Positions 54,846 through 64,000 of a DNA stretch of 64,000 bases are shown piece by piece. The stretch is from positions 15,458-79,457 of the forward strand of contig JANOEC010000028.1 in NCBI GenBank assembly GCA_031412995.1, given 5' to 3'. Source of the stretch: Geobacteraceae bacterium. GTDB taxonomy: Bacteria; Desulfobacterota; Desulfuromonadia; Geobacterales; DSM-12255. Below the pieces are notes generated by a model, which was not told the DNA's origin, ran no database searches, and saw only the letters and a list, made by a program, of their open reading frames with translations. The stretch's first letter is position 1. Each line of letters opens with the position of its first letter. Made by a program: the position numbers and the translations under genes.

Positions 54846-55969
54846 TTAGCCCACGCTCTTCTTGAACCGGAGCACCGCCACGGTCAGAATGGCGCTCCCC
54901 AGCAGCAGCAGGGCGCCCAGTTGCGGCCAGAGGATCGGCATGCCCACCCCCTTCAGATAAATGCCTCGCAGGATCACCAGGTAGTAGCGCAAGGGGTTCA
55001 AGTAGGTGACGTACTGAATGGCTGGCGGCATGTTCTCGATGGGAAAGGCAAAACCGGACAGGAGCATGGCCGGGAAGGTGAACATGAACGAACTCATCAT
55101 CGCTTGCTGTTGGGTACGGCTGACCGTGGAGATGAACAGCCCGAAGCCCAAAGTGCTCATCAGGTAGAGGGTAGTGGCGCCGTACAGCAGGAGCAGGCTC
55201 CCCCGCAGCGGCCCTGGAACCAACCGACCGCCATTAGCGTGACAATGGTCAGGTGGATGTAGCCAATCAGGGCAAAAGGGACAGTCTTGCCGATGATGAA
55301 TTCCCACCGCTTGATCGGCGTGACGATGATCTGCTCCATGGTGCCGATCTCCTTCACCACTGCCATGCTGGAGAGCATCATGGAGGTGATCAATACCATC
55401 AGCGCCGTCACCCCCGGCACATAGTAATTGCGGCTTTCCAGGTTGGCATTGAACCAGGCCCGGCTGGCCAGTTCTACCCGACCCACGGCTAAGGTCAGAC
55501 CGGTGCTGCGGGCGGCTTGGTCAGCCAGCAACTCCTCACTGAAGCGCTCAATAATCTTGGCGGCATGGGAAAGGACAATCCGGGCGGTATTCGGGTCGGT
55601 GCCGTCAATGACCAGGCTTAACGGCTCGGTCCGCCCGGCCCGTACCCTGGCGCTAAAGCCGGGGCTGATCTGCAGTGCTGCTTTGATCCGTCCCTGGTCC
55701 AGCAGCGGGGTGATGTCTGCCGGGCCGGCCAGCCGGGTGGTGATGGTGAAGTAGCCTGACTGCTCCAGGCGCGCCAGCAGGTCGCGGCTCAGGTCGCTGT
55801 TGTCCCCGTCCCAGACGGCGGTTGCGATGTTTTTCACATCCTTATTCACTGCATAGCCGAAGAGGATGATCTGCACGATCGGGATGGCAAAAATAATGAA
55901 GCGCATCCGCGGATCCCGCAGAATCTGGGTGAACTCTTTGCGAAGCATGGTCAGCAGGCGTTCGAACAT
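54846..55969 (-). pseudogene. ABC-2 type permease (YbhR/YbhS-like) with a -1 frameshift
   Basis: ORFs 55160-55969 and 54846-55307 are the two halves of one permease. The junction reads ...LMAVGWFQ then PLRGSLLLLYGATT..., matching the paralogue's ...FVFQVPFRGDLPLL. The shift is at about 55212-55214. Confidence 0.75.
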
Positions 55970-55971
55970 GG

Positions 55972-57105
55972 TCAGCCGATCTTCTTTTTGAATTTTTTCA
56001 CCGCTACCGTCGCCACCAACAGGCCGAAGCCGGCGAGAAACAGTACTTCCGGCCAGAGGACTTCCAGTCCGATCCCTTTCAGATAGAGCCCCCGCAGGAT
56101 GGTGACAAAATATCGGGCCGGAATCAGGTGGGTGATGACCTGCATCGGCGGCGGCATGTTTTCGATCGGGAAGATAAAGCCGGACAGGAGAAAGGCGGGC
56201 AGCATGGTCGCCACCATGGCGAACTGGCTGGCGACGAACTGGCTCTTGCCAATGACGCTGATCATTACGCCAAAGGTCAGGGCCACCAGCAGGAACAGCA
56301 ACGCCAGCACCACCAGCAGTGGCAGGTCGCCGCGAAACGGCACCTGGAAGACGAAGCGCCCCACCAGCACCGCCAGGCTCACGTCGAACAGGCCGATACA
56401 GATATAGGGGGCCAGCTTGCCCAGCAGCAGTTCAGTGCCGGTAATCGGGGTGGCGATCAGCTGTTCCATGGTGCCGGTTTCCCATTCCCGGGCCACGGTC
56501 AGGGAGGTGAGCAGGGCGGCGATGACCATCATGATGATGGCGATCAGGCCGGGGACAATGGCGTTGCGGGAGGCCAGGTCGGCATTGAACCAGACCCTGG
56601 GTCGCAGGTCCAGGGGCAGTTGCAGGGTGGCGCCGCCGGCCCGCTGCAGATTGGCCATGGTGAGGTCGCGGGTGAGGCTGCGGGTGATGAACTCGGCGTA
56701 ACCCAGGGCAATGGTGGCGGTGTTGGCATCGCTGCCGTCGACAATGGCCTGGAGTGTGGCTGGCTTGCCGGCGGTCACCAGTCGGCCATAATCGGGCGGG
56801 ATCACCAAGGCGAGCACCGCGTCGCGGCGGTCAATGGCCCGCTCCAGTTCTTGGTAGGAGTTGGCGCTGAGGGCCTGGGAGAAATAGCGCGAGCCGGTGA
56901 AGCGGCTGACTATTTCCCGGCTGGCCGGAGTATTGCTTTGATCCCAGACCGCCAGCGGCACATTATCCACATCCAGGGTCAGGGCGTAGCCGAACATGAA
57001 CAGCAACAGCATCGGCAGCGCCAGCCCCATCAGCAGGCTGCGCGGGTCGCGGATGACGTGGAGAAATTCCTTGCGGGCAATGGCCTGGTTGCGTTGACGA
57101 TTCAT
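55972..57105 (-). CDS. ABC-2 type permease (YbhS/YbhR-like)
   Basis: 377 aa. It has a large periplasmic loop after TM1 and a C-terminal 5-TM ABC-2 domain. It is a paralogue of the downstream gene. Confidence 0.85.
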   Translation of the reverse strand: MNRQRNQAIARKEFLHVIRDPRSLLMGLALPMLLLFMFGYALTLDVDNVPLAVWDQSNTPASREIVSRFTGSRYFSQALSANSYQELERAIDRRDAVLALVIPPDYGRLVTAGKPATLQAIVDGSDANTATIALGYAEFITRSLTRDLTMANLQRAGGATLQLPLDLRPRVWFNADLASRNAIVPGLIAIIMMVIAALLTSLTVAREWETGTMEQLIATPITGTELLLGKLAPYICIGLFDVSLAVLVGRFVFQVPFRGDLPLLVVLALLFLLVALTFGVMISVIGKSQFVASQFAMVATMLPAFLLSGFIFPIENMPPPMQVITHLIPARYFVTILRGLYLKGIGLEVLWPEVLFLAGFGLLVATVAVKKFKKKIG

Positions 57106-57144
57106 GTCGGGCTCGGTGCGGGTTTCATTAGTGCAGCTACTGCA

Positions 57145-60100
57145 TCACTGAATCGCCAGATTATCCACGATCATACTGCCATCGTTAATTGTCAGGTTGT
57201 TTACCGTGGTCATTGCCCCTGGTGCTGGCGGTTCGAAGTTGGTGCCGAATCCGCCGCTCAAGGTGAGATTTATGGGATAGCTACACTGCACTTCCTCGGC
57301 AAAAGCCATTGCCTTGGCCTGAATGGTGACGCCGTCAGGGGCATAGGCAATGGCGGAGGCGAGACTGGTGAAGCAACTGCCGCCCACGATCTGGGCATTG
57401 CAACCGCTGGTCCAGGTGACAGTGGCCGGGGTAGGGTCAATATTGCCGACCGAATCAGTTGCCCGGATCAGGAAGGTATGGATGCCTTCGGTCAGGTTGT
57501 CATAGGGGGCTGGATTGCTGCAGGAGCTGTATGGGGCACCGTCAAGGCTGCATTCGAAGGTGGCCGTAGCATCGGCGGAGCGAAACAAAACAGTGCCGCT
57601 ACTGTGAGTATGGTTGAAAGCCCGGCCAAGTAAAATTGTCTCCGGCGGGGTCATGTCAATGGTCCAGGTATAACTGGCCGGGGTTTGGTCCATGTTGCCG
57701 ACCCGGTCAATGGCCCGGACGCTGAAGGAATGGCTTCCTTCCCCGAGGCTGTTGTAGCTGAACGAGCCATAGCAATGCCCCCAGCTGCCGCTGTCCAGTT
57801 TGCATTGGTAGATGACACTGGCTTCGCTGGCCGCAAAGGTGAAGCTGCCGCTCGTCCCATTGCTGAACAGTGCTGGTTGGCCAGTAATACTGGTATCCGG
57901 CGCAGTGGTGTCACTGGTGAAGGTGGCGCTTGGCGGCAAAATTTCGCTATTGCCGGCGCTGTCGGTGGCTCGGACCGCAAAGGTGTGGCCGCCGTCAGTC
58001 AGGCCGCTGTAGATATATGGGGAAGAACAGGCGATCCATGCCCCGGCGTCCAGCTGGCACTGGAAGGAGGCACTTTCGCTGGCGCTGAAGGAAAAACTGC
58101 CGTTAGCCGCCGGGGTGAGCGGGCTCGGCGTGCTGGTGATGGTAGTGACTGGTGGGGTGGTGTCGAGGGTGATGCTATCGACGAAGCTGCCGGAAGCGTT
58201 GTTGGCCTCGTCACGAAATTGCACGTAGACCGTCTTGTTGCCATCGCCACCTAGTTGGGTGAGTTCCCATGCTTTGCTGGTGGCGTACAGTTCCCAGTCG
58301 CTCCAGGAGGTGTTGCTGTTGCTGAAGCGCATGGCCGCCACTGTGCCATTGAAGTCATAGGCGGTCAGGCTCAGGGTGACAACGCGGGAATTGGTGGTAC
58401 CGGCACCGCTATTGATAGATATTGTGCCGACTGGAGGGGGATCATAGGCTAGGCCGCTCAGGCTCGTTGACAGCAATTGACGGCTCGGGTCGGTGCCGGA
58501 CACCTGCAGGGTGGCAGTTTTGGCGCCAATGGTGGTGGGAGCAAAGGTGATGTAGATGTTGCAACTGCTGCCAGGGGCGATGGTTGGCGTGAGGCTAGGG
58601 CAGCTGCCGGGTTGCAGATCGAACTGACCGGGGTTCGCGCCGATCATGACGGTGCTGGTGACATAGAGCAGGCCGGTGCCGCTGTTGCTGATGGTGACCA
58701 GTCGGGTGTCAGAGGAGGCGGTGGTGGCAATGATACCGAAGTCGAGGCTAGTCTGGTCGAGCCCCATGATTGGCGGATCCTGGCCATAATCGGGCAAAAA
58801 AGAGGCGGTGATATTTTTTGCTGTACCCATGGTCACGCTGCAGACGCTGCCGCTGATGCTGTCGCAGCCGCTCCAACTGCTGAACAGGGAGCCCGGGTCT
58901 GCCACCGGGGTTAACTGCAGCAGCGTATTCTGGGCAAGGGAGCTGATGCAGACGCCGGTGCAGGGACCGCCTGGATAGTTAACCCGGCCGCTGCCCGGAC
59001 CCTGGGTGTTGATCGTGAGAGTATGGTAGGAAATGATGCCGGTACCGCTTAAGGGGATGTCAATGTTTGGCTGGCCGACAGTATCCAAGGTTATCCGCAG
59101 GGTTGCATATTTATTCCCCACGACGGTCGGGCTGAAGGTAATCTGCAGCGTGCAGCTGCTGCCGGCAGTAAGGTTTGGGGTCAGGCTGGAACAGTTGCCG
59201 GGAGTGACGCTGAACTGGCTGGGGTTGGTACCGGACAGGTTGCTGCTACTGATGTTCAGGGTTTCGGTGCCGGTGTTGCTGATGAGAACTGATTGCGGTG
59301 TTGTTGTGCTGCCGACCTGGATAGCGCCGAAGCCGAGTATCCCTGGCATAGCTTCTAAGGCAGGTCGATCAGTCAACAGCTGAATCAGGGCTGTGACCGG
59401 CAGGGTTGTGTTGTAGCTGTCACCCAGTTGGCCGTTACCTCCCCATCCCCATGCCCAGACCGATCCGTTGCTGTCAATGGCTCCAGAATGATACCCACCG
59501 GCACTAATGGCCGTTGCTCCGACTATTCCCCCCTGAACTGGTGCCAGTCGAGGTATGAGGCTGCCATCACCAAGCTCTCCGTCAAGGTTGTTTCCCCAGG
59601 CGTGGATAGTTCCATCGCTGCTCAAGGCCAGACTATGCTGAAAACCGGCAGCAATAACCGTTACGTTGCTTAGGTTTGTTATCTGCAGCGGGACAGGACT
59701 GCCAGAAGTAGTGTCATTGCCAAGCTGGCCGGCATAGTTGCCGCCCCAAGACCAAAGGGTACCATCATTGCGAATGGCCAGCGCGTGATAACCACCTGCG
59801 GCAATTGCCTTAATGTTGGTAAGGTTCTTGACCTGGACCGGAAAGCTGCTGTTAGTTGTCGTGCCATCACCTAGCTGGCCGGCGTCGTTATTTCCCCATG
59901 CCCAGACTGTGCCGTCGGCCTTGAGAGCCAGAGTAAATGTGTCTCCGGCAGCTATGGCGGTAACCGACTGCAGGTAGACAGTTTCCAGGTCATACACCAG
60001 AAATGGCGCGGAACTGCTGGTGGTGGTACTGTCGCCAAGCTGGCCGTAGCGGTTGTCGCCCCAGGTCCAGACAGTGCCGTCGCTGGTCAGAGCAACTGCG

Positions 60101-61581
60101 TGGTCCCCCCCGGCGGCAATCGCCGTTACATCGACCAGATCCATAACCGCTACCGGTGTTGTGCTGGTGGTAGTGCTGTCATTTCCCAACTGTCCAGCCC
60201 AGTTGTCACCCCAGGCCCAAACCGTACCGTTACTTTTCAGGGCGAGGGTGAAAAAGTCCCCGGCGCTGACTGTTGATACATTGGCAATGTCTGGGACCGG
60301 TAGTGGTCTGTAGCTCCGGATGAAGGTTCCATTGCCGAGCTGGCCGTAGCTGTTGTCGCCCCAGGTCCAGACCGTGCCGTCACTTTTTCTTGCTGCGGTG
60401 TGACTAAAGCCGGTGGCAAGGAGCGTGGCTCCGGATAGGTTGGCGGCCTGCACCGGGGAACTGCGTCTGCTGCTGGAACCATCCCCCAGTTGACCATCGT
60501 AGTTATTCCCCCAGGCCAGGACAGTGCCGTTTTGTAGCATGGCCTGACTGTGAGAGGGGCCGACAGCGGCGGCTGTTACGCCAGTCAGGCCTTCCATGGT
60601 TGCCGGTAGCGATCTTTTTGTTCTGGTGCCATCGCCCAGCTGGCCATAGTAGTTGTCACCCCAAGCCCAGAGCGCTCCGTCAGTGCCGATGGCCAGGCTG
60701 GTGTTTCCCCCGGCAACAAGAGAGACAACGCCGGAAAGGCCGATAACTGGTAGGGGCAGATTGCTGGCGGCGGCCGAATTAGTGCCCAACTGGCCATAGG
60801 CATTACTCCCCCAGGCCCAGACGCTGCCGTTGCTAGCCAGGGCCAGGGAATGGCCGCTGCCGGCGGCTATGGTGGTGATTTCAGCAAGGGTGGTGATCTG
60901 TACCGGGGTCAGCGAAAATGCCGCGGCAGTCCCGGTTCCCAGTTGGCCAGCGTTGTTAGCGCCCCAGGCCCAGACCGTGCCATCATTTTTCAGAGCAAGT
61001 GAGTGGCTGCCGCCTGCCGCAATGGCGATAATGTTGGCTAGGCCATTAACTTGAACCGGCTGGCTGTTGGCGCCGGTAACCGAATCATTTCCCAGTTGTC
61101 CGTCGTCGTTGCTTCCCCATGCCCAGACCGTGCCGTCACGGTCGAGGGCAATGACATGGGATTCACCGGCCGAAATTGCTGAAATTGGTGGTAGCCCGAA
61201 AACGGTAACCGGAATCGCGCTGTACTGAGTGAGGGCATCAACCCCCAATTGGCCATAGCGGTTATCACCCCAGGCCCAGACCGTGCCGTCAATCTTGACT
61301 GCTACGGAGTAGTAGCTGCTGGCAGAGAGCGCCACGATGCCGGTAAGACTCGAAATCTGCACCGGCGCGGCATGGGGAGTTGTCGAGCCGATACCGAGCT
61401 GACCAAGCTCGTTATTCCCCCAGGACCAGACCGTGCCATCGTCCTGAAATGCCACCGTGTGGCGGCTGCCAACGGCAATCTGCGGCGTAGCCGCTGCTGC
61501 CATTTCTACATTGCAGAGCATGAGGCAGAATACTGCCCCATAAAAGAGTCGCTGCCACCAGTTTTTGGATATCTGATGCAT
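57145..61581 (-). CDS. large secreted RCC1-repeat protein with choice-of-anchor-D/HYDIN-like and Ig-like modules
   Basis: The start is taken at ATG 61581 (AAGGAG RBS, signal peptide [19 protein letters not shown]). There are 14 RCC1 blades (WxWGxNxxGQLG). Two FG..VG...NTG.. PapD-like modules, an InlB-B-repeat-like module and three Ig-like repeats of about 95 aa follow. Confidence 0.85.
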   Translation of the reverse strand: MHQISKNWWQRLFYGAVFCLMLCNVEMAAAATPQIAVGSRHTVAFQDDGTVWSWGNNELGQLGIGSTTPHAAPVQISSLTGIVALSASSYYSVAVKIDGTVWAWGDNRYGQLGVDALTQYSAIPVTVFGLPPISAISAGESHVIALDRDGTVWAWGSNDDGQLGNDSVTGANSQPVQVNGLANIIAIAAGGSHSLALKNDGTVWAWGANNAGQLGTGTAAAFSLTPVQITTLAEITTIAAGSGHSLALASNGSVWAWGSNAYGQLGTNSAAASNLPLPVIGLSGVVSLVAGGNTSLAIGTDGALWAWGDNYYGQLGDGTRTKRSLPATMEGLTGVTAAAVGPSHSQAMLQNGTVLAWGNNYDGQLGDGSSSRRSSPVQAANLSGATLLATGFSHTAARKSDGTVWTWGDNSYGQLGNGTFIRSYRPLPVPDIANVSTVSAGDFFTLALKSNGTVWAWGDNWAGQLGNDSTTTSTTPVAVMDLVDVTAIAAGGDHAVALTSDGTVWTWGDNRYGQLGDSTTTSSSAPFLVYDLETVYLQSVTAIAAGDTFTLALKADGTVWAWGNNDAGQLGDGTTTNSSFPVQVKNLTNIKAIAAGGYHALAIRNDGTLWSWGGNYAGQLGNDTTSGSPVPLQITNLSNVTVIAAGFQHSLALSSDGTIHAWGNNLDGELGDGSLIPRLAPVQGGIVGATAISAGGYHSGAIDSNGSVWAWGWGGNGQLGDSYNTTLPVTALIQLLTDRPALEAMPGILGFGAIQVGSTTTPQSVLISNTGTETLNISSSNLSGTNPSQFSVTPGNCSSLTPNLTAGSSCTLQITFSPTVVGNKYATLRITLDTVGQPNIDIPLSGTGIISYHTLTINTQGPGSGRVNYPGGPCTGVCISSLAQNTLLQLTPVADPGSLFSSWSGCDSISGSVCSVTMGTAKNITASFLPDYGQDPPIMGLDQTSLDFGIIATTASSDTRLVTISNSGTGLLYVTSTVMIGANPGQFDLQPGSCPSLTPTIAPGSSCNIYITFAPTTIGAKTATLQVSGTDPSRQLLSTSLSGLAYDPPPVGTISINSGAGTTNSRVVTLSLTAYDFNGTVAAMRFSNSNTSWSDWELYATSKAWELTQLGGDGNKTVYVQFRDEANNASGSFVDSITLDTTPPVTTITSTPSPLTPAANGSFSFSASESASFQCQLDAGAWIACSSPYIYSGLTDGGHTFAVRATDSAGNSEILPPSATFTSDTTAPDTSITGQPALFSNGTSGSFTFAASEASVIYQCKLDSGSWGHCYGSFSYNSLGEGSHSFSVRAIDRVGNMDQTPASYTWTIDMTPPETILLGRAFNHTHSSGTVLFRSADATATFECSLDGAPYSSCSNPAPYDNLTEGIHTFLIRATDSVGNIDPTPATVTWTSGCNAQIVGGSCFTSLASAIAYAPDGVTIQAKAMAFAEEVQCSYPINLTLSGGFGTNFEPPAPGAMTTVNNLTINDGSMIVDNLAIQ

Positions 61582-61747
61582 GGGGGGCTCCTTAATACTA
61601 TGATCAGTTGCTGGAGTGGCGGGGGATGAGCCGGTAGGTGCCAATATGAGGCGAAATGCAGCCAGTGCGCTACGTGATGATTTGTATTAAATGGTACTTA
61701 AAATAGCAAGTAAATTGCCGCGATATTACTCTGGAACATCTAAAACC

Positions 61748-61822
61748 AACCCCCCTCAGTCCCCCCTTGTCAGGGGGAAGCCTTGAAGTCTCCCCTGATA
61801 AGGGGAGATTTAGAGGGGTTTG
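61748..61822 (+). repeat. structured 75-nt intergenic repeat, copy 2
   Basis: AACCCCCCTCAGTCCCCCCTTGTCAGGGGGAAGCCTTGAAGTCTCCCCTGATAAGGGGAGATTTAGAGGGGTTTG has the same architecture as 7574-7648. Confidence 0.75.
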
Positions 61823-61926
61823 CAGCGAAAATATATGTGTTACATGGTACTAGGCTGAATTCTGCTGGAGTACCGGCTGGCACTGCGGTAGTATTGCCCT
61901 GAACCGTTGAAGCAGAGGAGGATTGC

Positions 61927-62379
61927 ATGCTGCGTAAGGCCCAAATCAAAGATGTGAAGGAAATCCAGAAGCTGCTTATCCACTTCGCCAGTAAAGGCGA
62001 TATGCTTACTCGATCGCTTTCTGAACTCTATGAAGCCCTCCGCGATTTTTATGTCTATGAAGCGGATGGCCGGATTCTTGGGGCCTCGGCTCTGCATATC
62101 GTCTGGGAAGACCTGGCGGAGATCCGTTCGGTAGCAGTGGTTGAAGATGCCGGTCGTAAGGGAGTCGGATCCCAGGTGGTGCAGGCCTGCATTGATGAAG
62201 CACGCGTGCTGGGGCTGAAACGACTTTTTTGCCTGACTTATAAACCGAACTTCTTTAGCAAGTTCGGTTTCGAGATTGTTGATAAATCGCAGCTCCCTCA
62301 CAAGGTCTGGGGCGACTGCATCAAATGCCCGAAATTTCCCGATTGTGACGAAATTGCCATGGCCATGGATCTGGAGTGA
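61927..62379 (+). CDS. GNAT-family N-acetyltransferase (short N-acetylglutamate-synthase-like)
   Basis: 150 aa. The acetyl-CoA motif is RSVAVVEDAGRKGVGSQVV. The C-terminal Cys-rich tail is VWGDCIKCPKFPDCDE. Confidence 0.8.
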   Translation: MLRKAQIKDVKEIQKLLIHFASKGDMLTRSLSELYEALRDFYVYEADGRILGASALHIVWEDLAEIRSVAVVEDAGRKGVGSQVVQACIDEARVLGLKRLFCLTYKPNFFSKFGFEIVDKSQLPHKVWGDCIKCPKFPDCDEIAMAMDLE

Positions 62380-63725
62380 ATGTGGAATTAGACTTAGTAC
62401 AACTGACCAATAGTATCGAAGCGTTGCTCAAGCGTCGCCAGACCAGCGGCTATGAGATCATGACCGGCCATTCCCGCTCCCTCTCCATCGAGGTGAAAGA
62501 TGGGGCCGTGGATACCTTTAAATGTGCGGCGCCGGTCGGGGTCGGGGTGCGGGTGCTTAAAGATGGCGGCATGGGCTTTTCCTACTCCACCAGTCTGGCC
62601 GAGGCCGACCTGGAGCGGATGATCGACAATGCCCTGATCGGGGCGCAGGCCCAGACTCCCGATGCATGTTACGGCTTTGCCGCACCGGCCCCGTTTCCAG
62701 TGCTGCCGGGGCTGTTTGATCCGGCCCTGGCGGAACTGGACGACGGTAAAAAAATAGCCCGGGCACTGGAGCTGGAGCGGCTGACCCTGGCGGTTGACCC
62801 GCGACTGAAGCGAGTGCGCAAGGCGACCTACAACGATTCAACTTACTGGGTTCATATTCGCAATTCTGCTGGGGTGGATGGCGGATATGCCGGGACGTCG
62901 GTCTCAAGTTCGGTTTCCGTGCTGGCCGAGGATGGTGGCGATTCCCAGATGGGCTGGGATTTCGGCTTCAGCCCTTATTTTGCCGGGGTCGATATCGAAT
63001 CGGTCGCCAAGACCGCCGCCTACAAGGCGGTCAGCCTGCTCGGGGCGAAAAAGATTCCGACCATGCGCTGTCCGGTGGTGCTGGATAACCACGTCTCCAC
63101 CGCGATCCTCGAAGTGCTGGCATCGGCCTTTCTGGCTGAGAATGTTCAAAAGGGAAAGTCACTCCTGGCCGGCAAGCAGGGGGAAATCATCACCGCGCCA
63201 CTGCTCTGGATCATCGATGACGGCCTGTTGCCCGGCGGCATGGCCACCACCCCGATCGACGGCGAAGGAGTGCCCCATCGGCGTACCCTGCTGGTGGAAG
63301 AGGGGCGTCTCCAGGGCTATCTGTACGACACTTACTGGGGCTGCAAATGCGGCCAGGCCTCGACCGGCAACGCGGTGCGGGGCGGAGTTAAAGGGTTGCC
63401 CCACCTGGGGGTGACCAACTTCTTTATCGAAAACGGCCGGATTCCGGCCAGCAAGCTGATCATGGGGATCGACCGTGGCCTGCTGCTCACTGACGTCATG
63501 GGGATGCATACCGCCAACCCGATCTCCGGTGACTTTTCCGTCGGCGCCTCCGGTTTTCTTATTGAAGGCGGGGCAATCGTCGCACCGGTCAAGGAGATCG
63601 CCGTTTCCGGCAACATTCTCGAACTGTTCAAGAGCGTCGAAGCCGTGGGGGATGACCTCCGCTTTTTCGGCGCCGTCGGCGCGCCATCGCTGAAGATAGC
63701 GGCGCTGGATATCAGCGGGAGCTGA
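62376..63725 (+). CDS. TldD/PmbA-family metalloprotease
   Basis: 449 aa. Shows PmbA-like patterns (GVGVRVLKDGGMGFSYS, GNAVRGG, GMHTANPISGDFS). The GTG start overlaps the GNAT stop. Confidence 0.85.
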   Translation: MNVELDLVQLTNSIEALLKRRQTSGYEIMTGHSRSLSIEVKDGAVDTFKCAAPVGVGVRVLKDGGMGFSYSTSLAEADLERMIDNALIGAQAQTPDACYGFAAPAPFPVLPGLFDPALAELDDGKKIARALELERLTLAVDPRLKRVRKATYNDSTYWVHIRNSAGVDGGYAGTSVSSSVSVLAEDGGDSQMGWDFGFSPYFAGVDIESVAKTAAYKAVSLLGAKKIPTMRCPVVLDNHVSTAILEVLASAFLAENVQKGKSLLAGKQGEIITAPLLWIIDDGLLPGGMATTPIDGEGVPHRRTLLVEEGRLQGYLYDTYWGCKCGQASTGNAVRGGVKGLPHLGVTNFFIENGRIPASKLIMGIDRGLLLTDVMGMHTANPISGDFSVGASGFLIEGGAIVAPVKEIAVSGNILELFKSVEAVGDDLRFFGAVGAPSLKIAALDISGS

Positions 63726-63854
63726 ATGTGTCGGCAATCTGAGTGTATTGATTGCTGGAGGTTGAGGGGGAAATCTATTCCCCTGTAATGCATTGACCGG
63801 CCAGGAGATGTTGGATATTCTGAACGTAGAAGCGTGCTTGATGTGGAGGATTTT

Positions 63855-64000
63855 ATGAAGCGTACCGTCAATAAAGCCAGCGAAACAAGGGAGCTTACCG
63901 ATAAAGAGTTGCGCCAGATTACCCGTGCCATGGGTGATGCTGTGCGTGTGCAGTCATTAACGGTCTCAAGCATCATTCAGGCAAATCTCGAAGCCGAGTT
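63855..64000 (+). CDS. partial ORF running off the window end (unknown function)
   Basis: ATG 63855 follows a GGAGGA RBS. MKRTVNKASETRELTDKELRQITRAMGDAV... remains open at position 64000. Confidence 0.4.
   Translation, partial: MKRTVNKASETRELTDKELRQITRAMGDAVRVQSLTVSSIIQANLEAE

Noticed and set aside
56128-57633. 501-aa ORF antisense to the ABC-2 permease and the RCC1 gene
   Set aside because: Its G/H/Q/D-rich low-complexity translation spans an intergenic gap of the real minus-strand genes.
57145-61581. Repetitive DNA that could be mistaken for a CRISPR or tandem array
   Set aside because: The periodicity is about 150 nt, in frame, and encodes RCC1 blades and Ig modules. There are no short identical direct repeats separated by unique spacers.

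Overview
This 64-kb window is GC-rich (roughly 55-60% by eye). Gene content and intergenic repeats look Desulfuromonadales/Geobacter-like, but that taxon call is an inference, not a search result.

**Layout**
- **2.6-23.4 kb:** an unusually large, co-directional sulfur-assimilation supercluster. In order it holds an Rrf2 regulator, cysK, yezD, metY, a ThiS-like carrier, a ThiF-like E1, a JAMM protease, a small sulfite reductase, a LarE-like PP-loop ATPase, TusA, Fe-S APS reductase, mnmA, cysD, cysN, sbp, a 4-gene insert, and cysT-cysW-cysA.
- **23.4-30.2 kb:** a decayed accessory island. It has TumE/TumA-like and AbiEii/AbiEi toxin-antitoxin pairs, RhuM, a Nudix hydrolase and many gene fragments.
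- **30.2-49.4 kb:** housekeeping genes. These are a parvulin PPIase, pyruvate carboxylase, cydDC, moaA, galU, metF-metV-folD, the yggT/DivIVA/yggU cluster and a MoxR-DUF58-transglutaminase operon.
- **49.5-61.6 kb:** an IS remnant, a SWIM-SNF2 helicase with an unknown partner gene, and a 1478-aa secreted RCC1-repeat protein followed by two ABC-2 permeases with no ATPase gene.
- **61.9-64.0 kb:** a GNAT acetyltransferase, PmbA/TldD, and a partial ORF running off the window end.

**Main candidate for something undescribed:** a CooS-type Ni-CO-dehydrogenase homologue sits inside the canonical sbp-cysTWA sulfate-transport operon. It carries a His-rich tail and an apparent Cys-to-Asp change in a C-cluster motif. 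It is translationally coupled to a Tat-dependent NrtA/SsuA-type ABC importer.

**Other points**
- The cluster contains an HcyS/HcyF/HcyD-type protein-thiocarboxylate homocysteine route.
- Two structured intergenic repeat families are present.
- Four genes carry frameshifts. Three are -1 events in or next to short homopolymer runs (two A5/T5, one C3); one is an 8-bp tandem duplication in cysT.
- I recognised no rRNA, tRNA or CRISPR array.

All family assignments come from motif recognition by eye. No database search was run.
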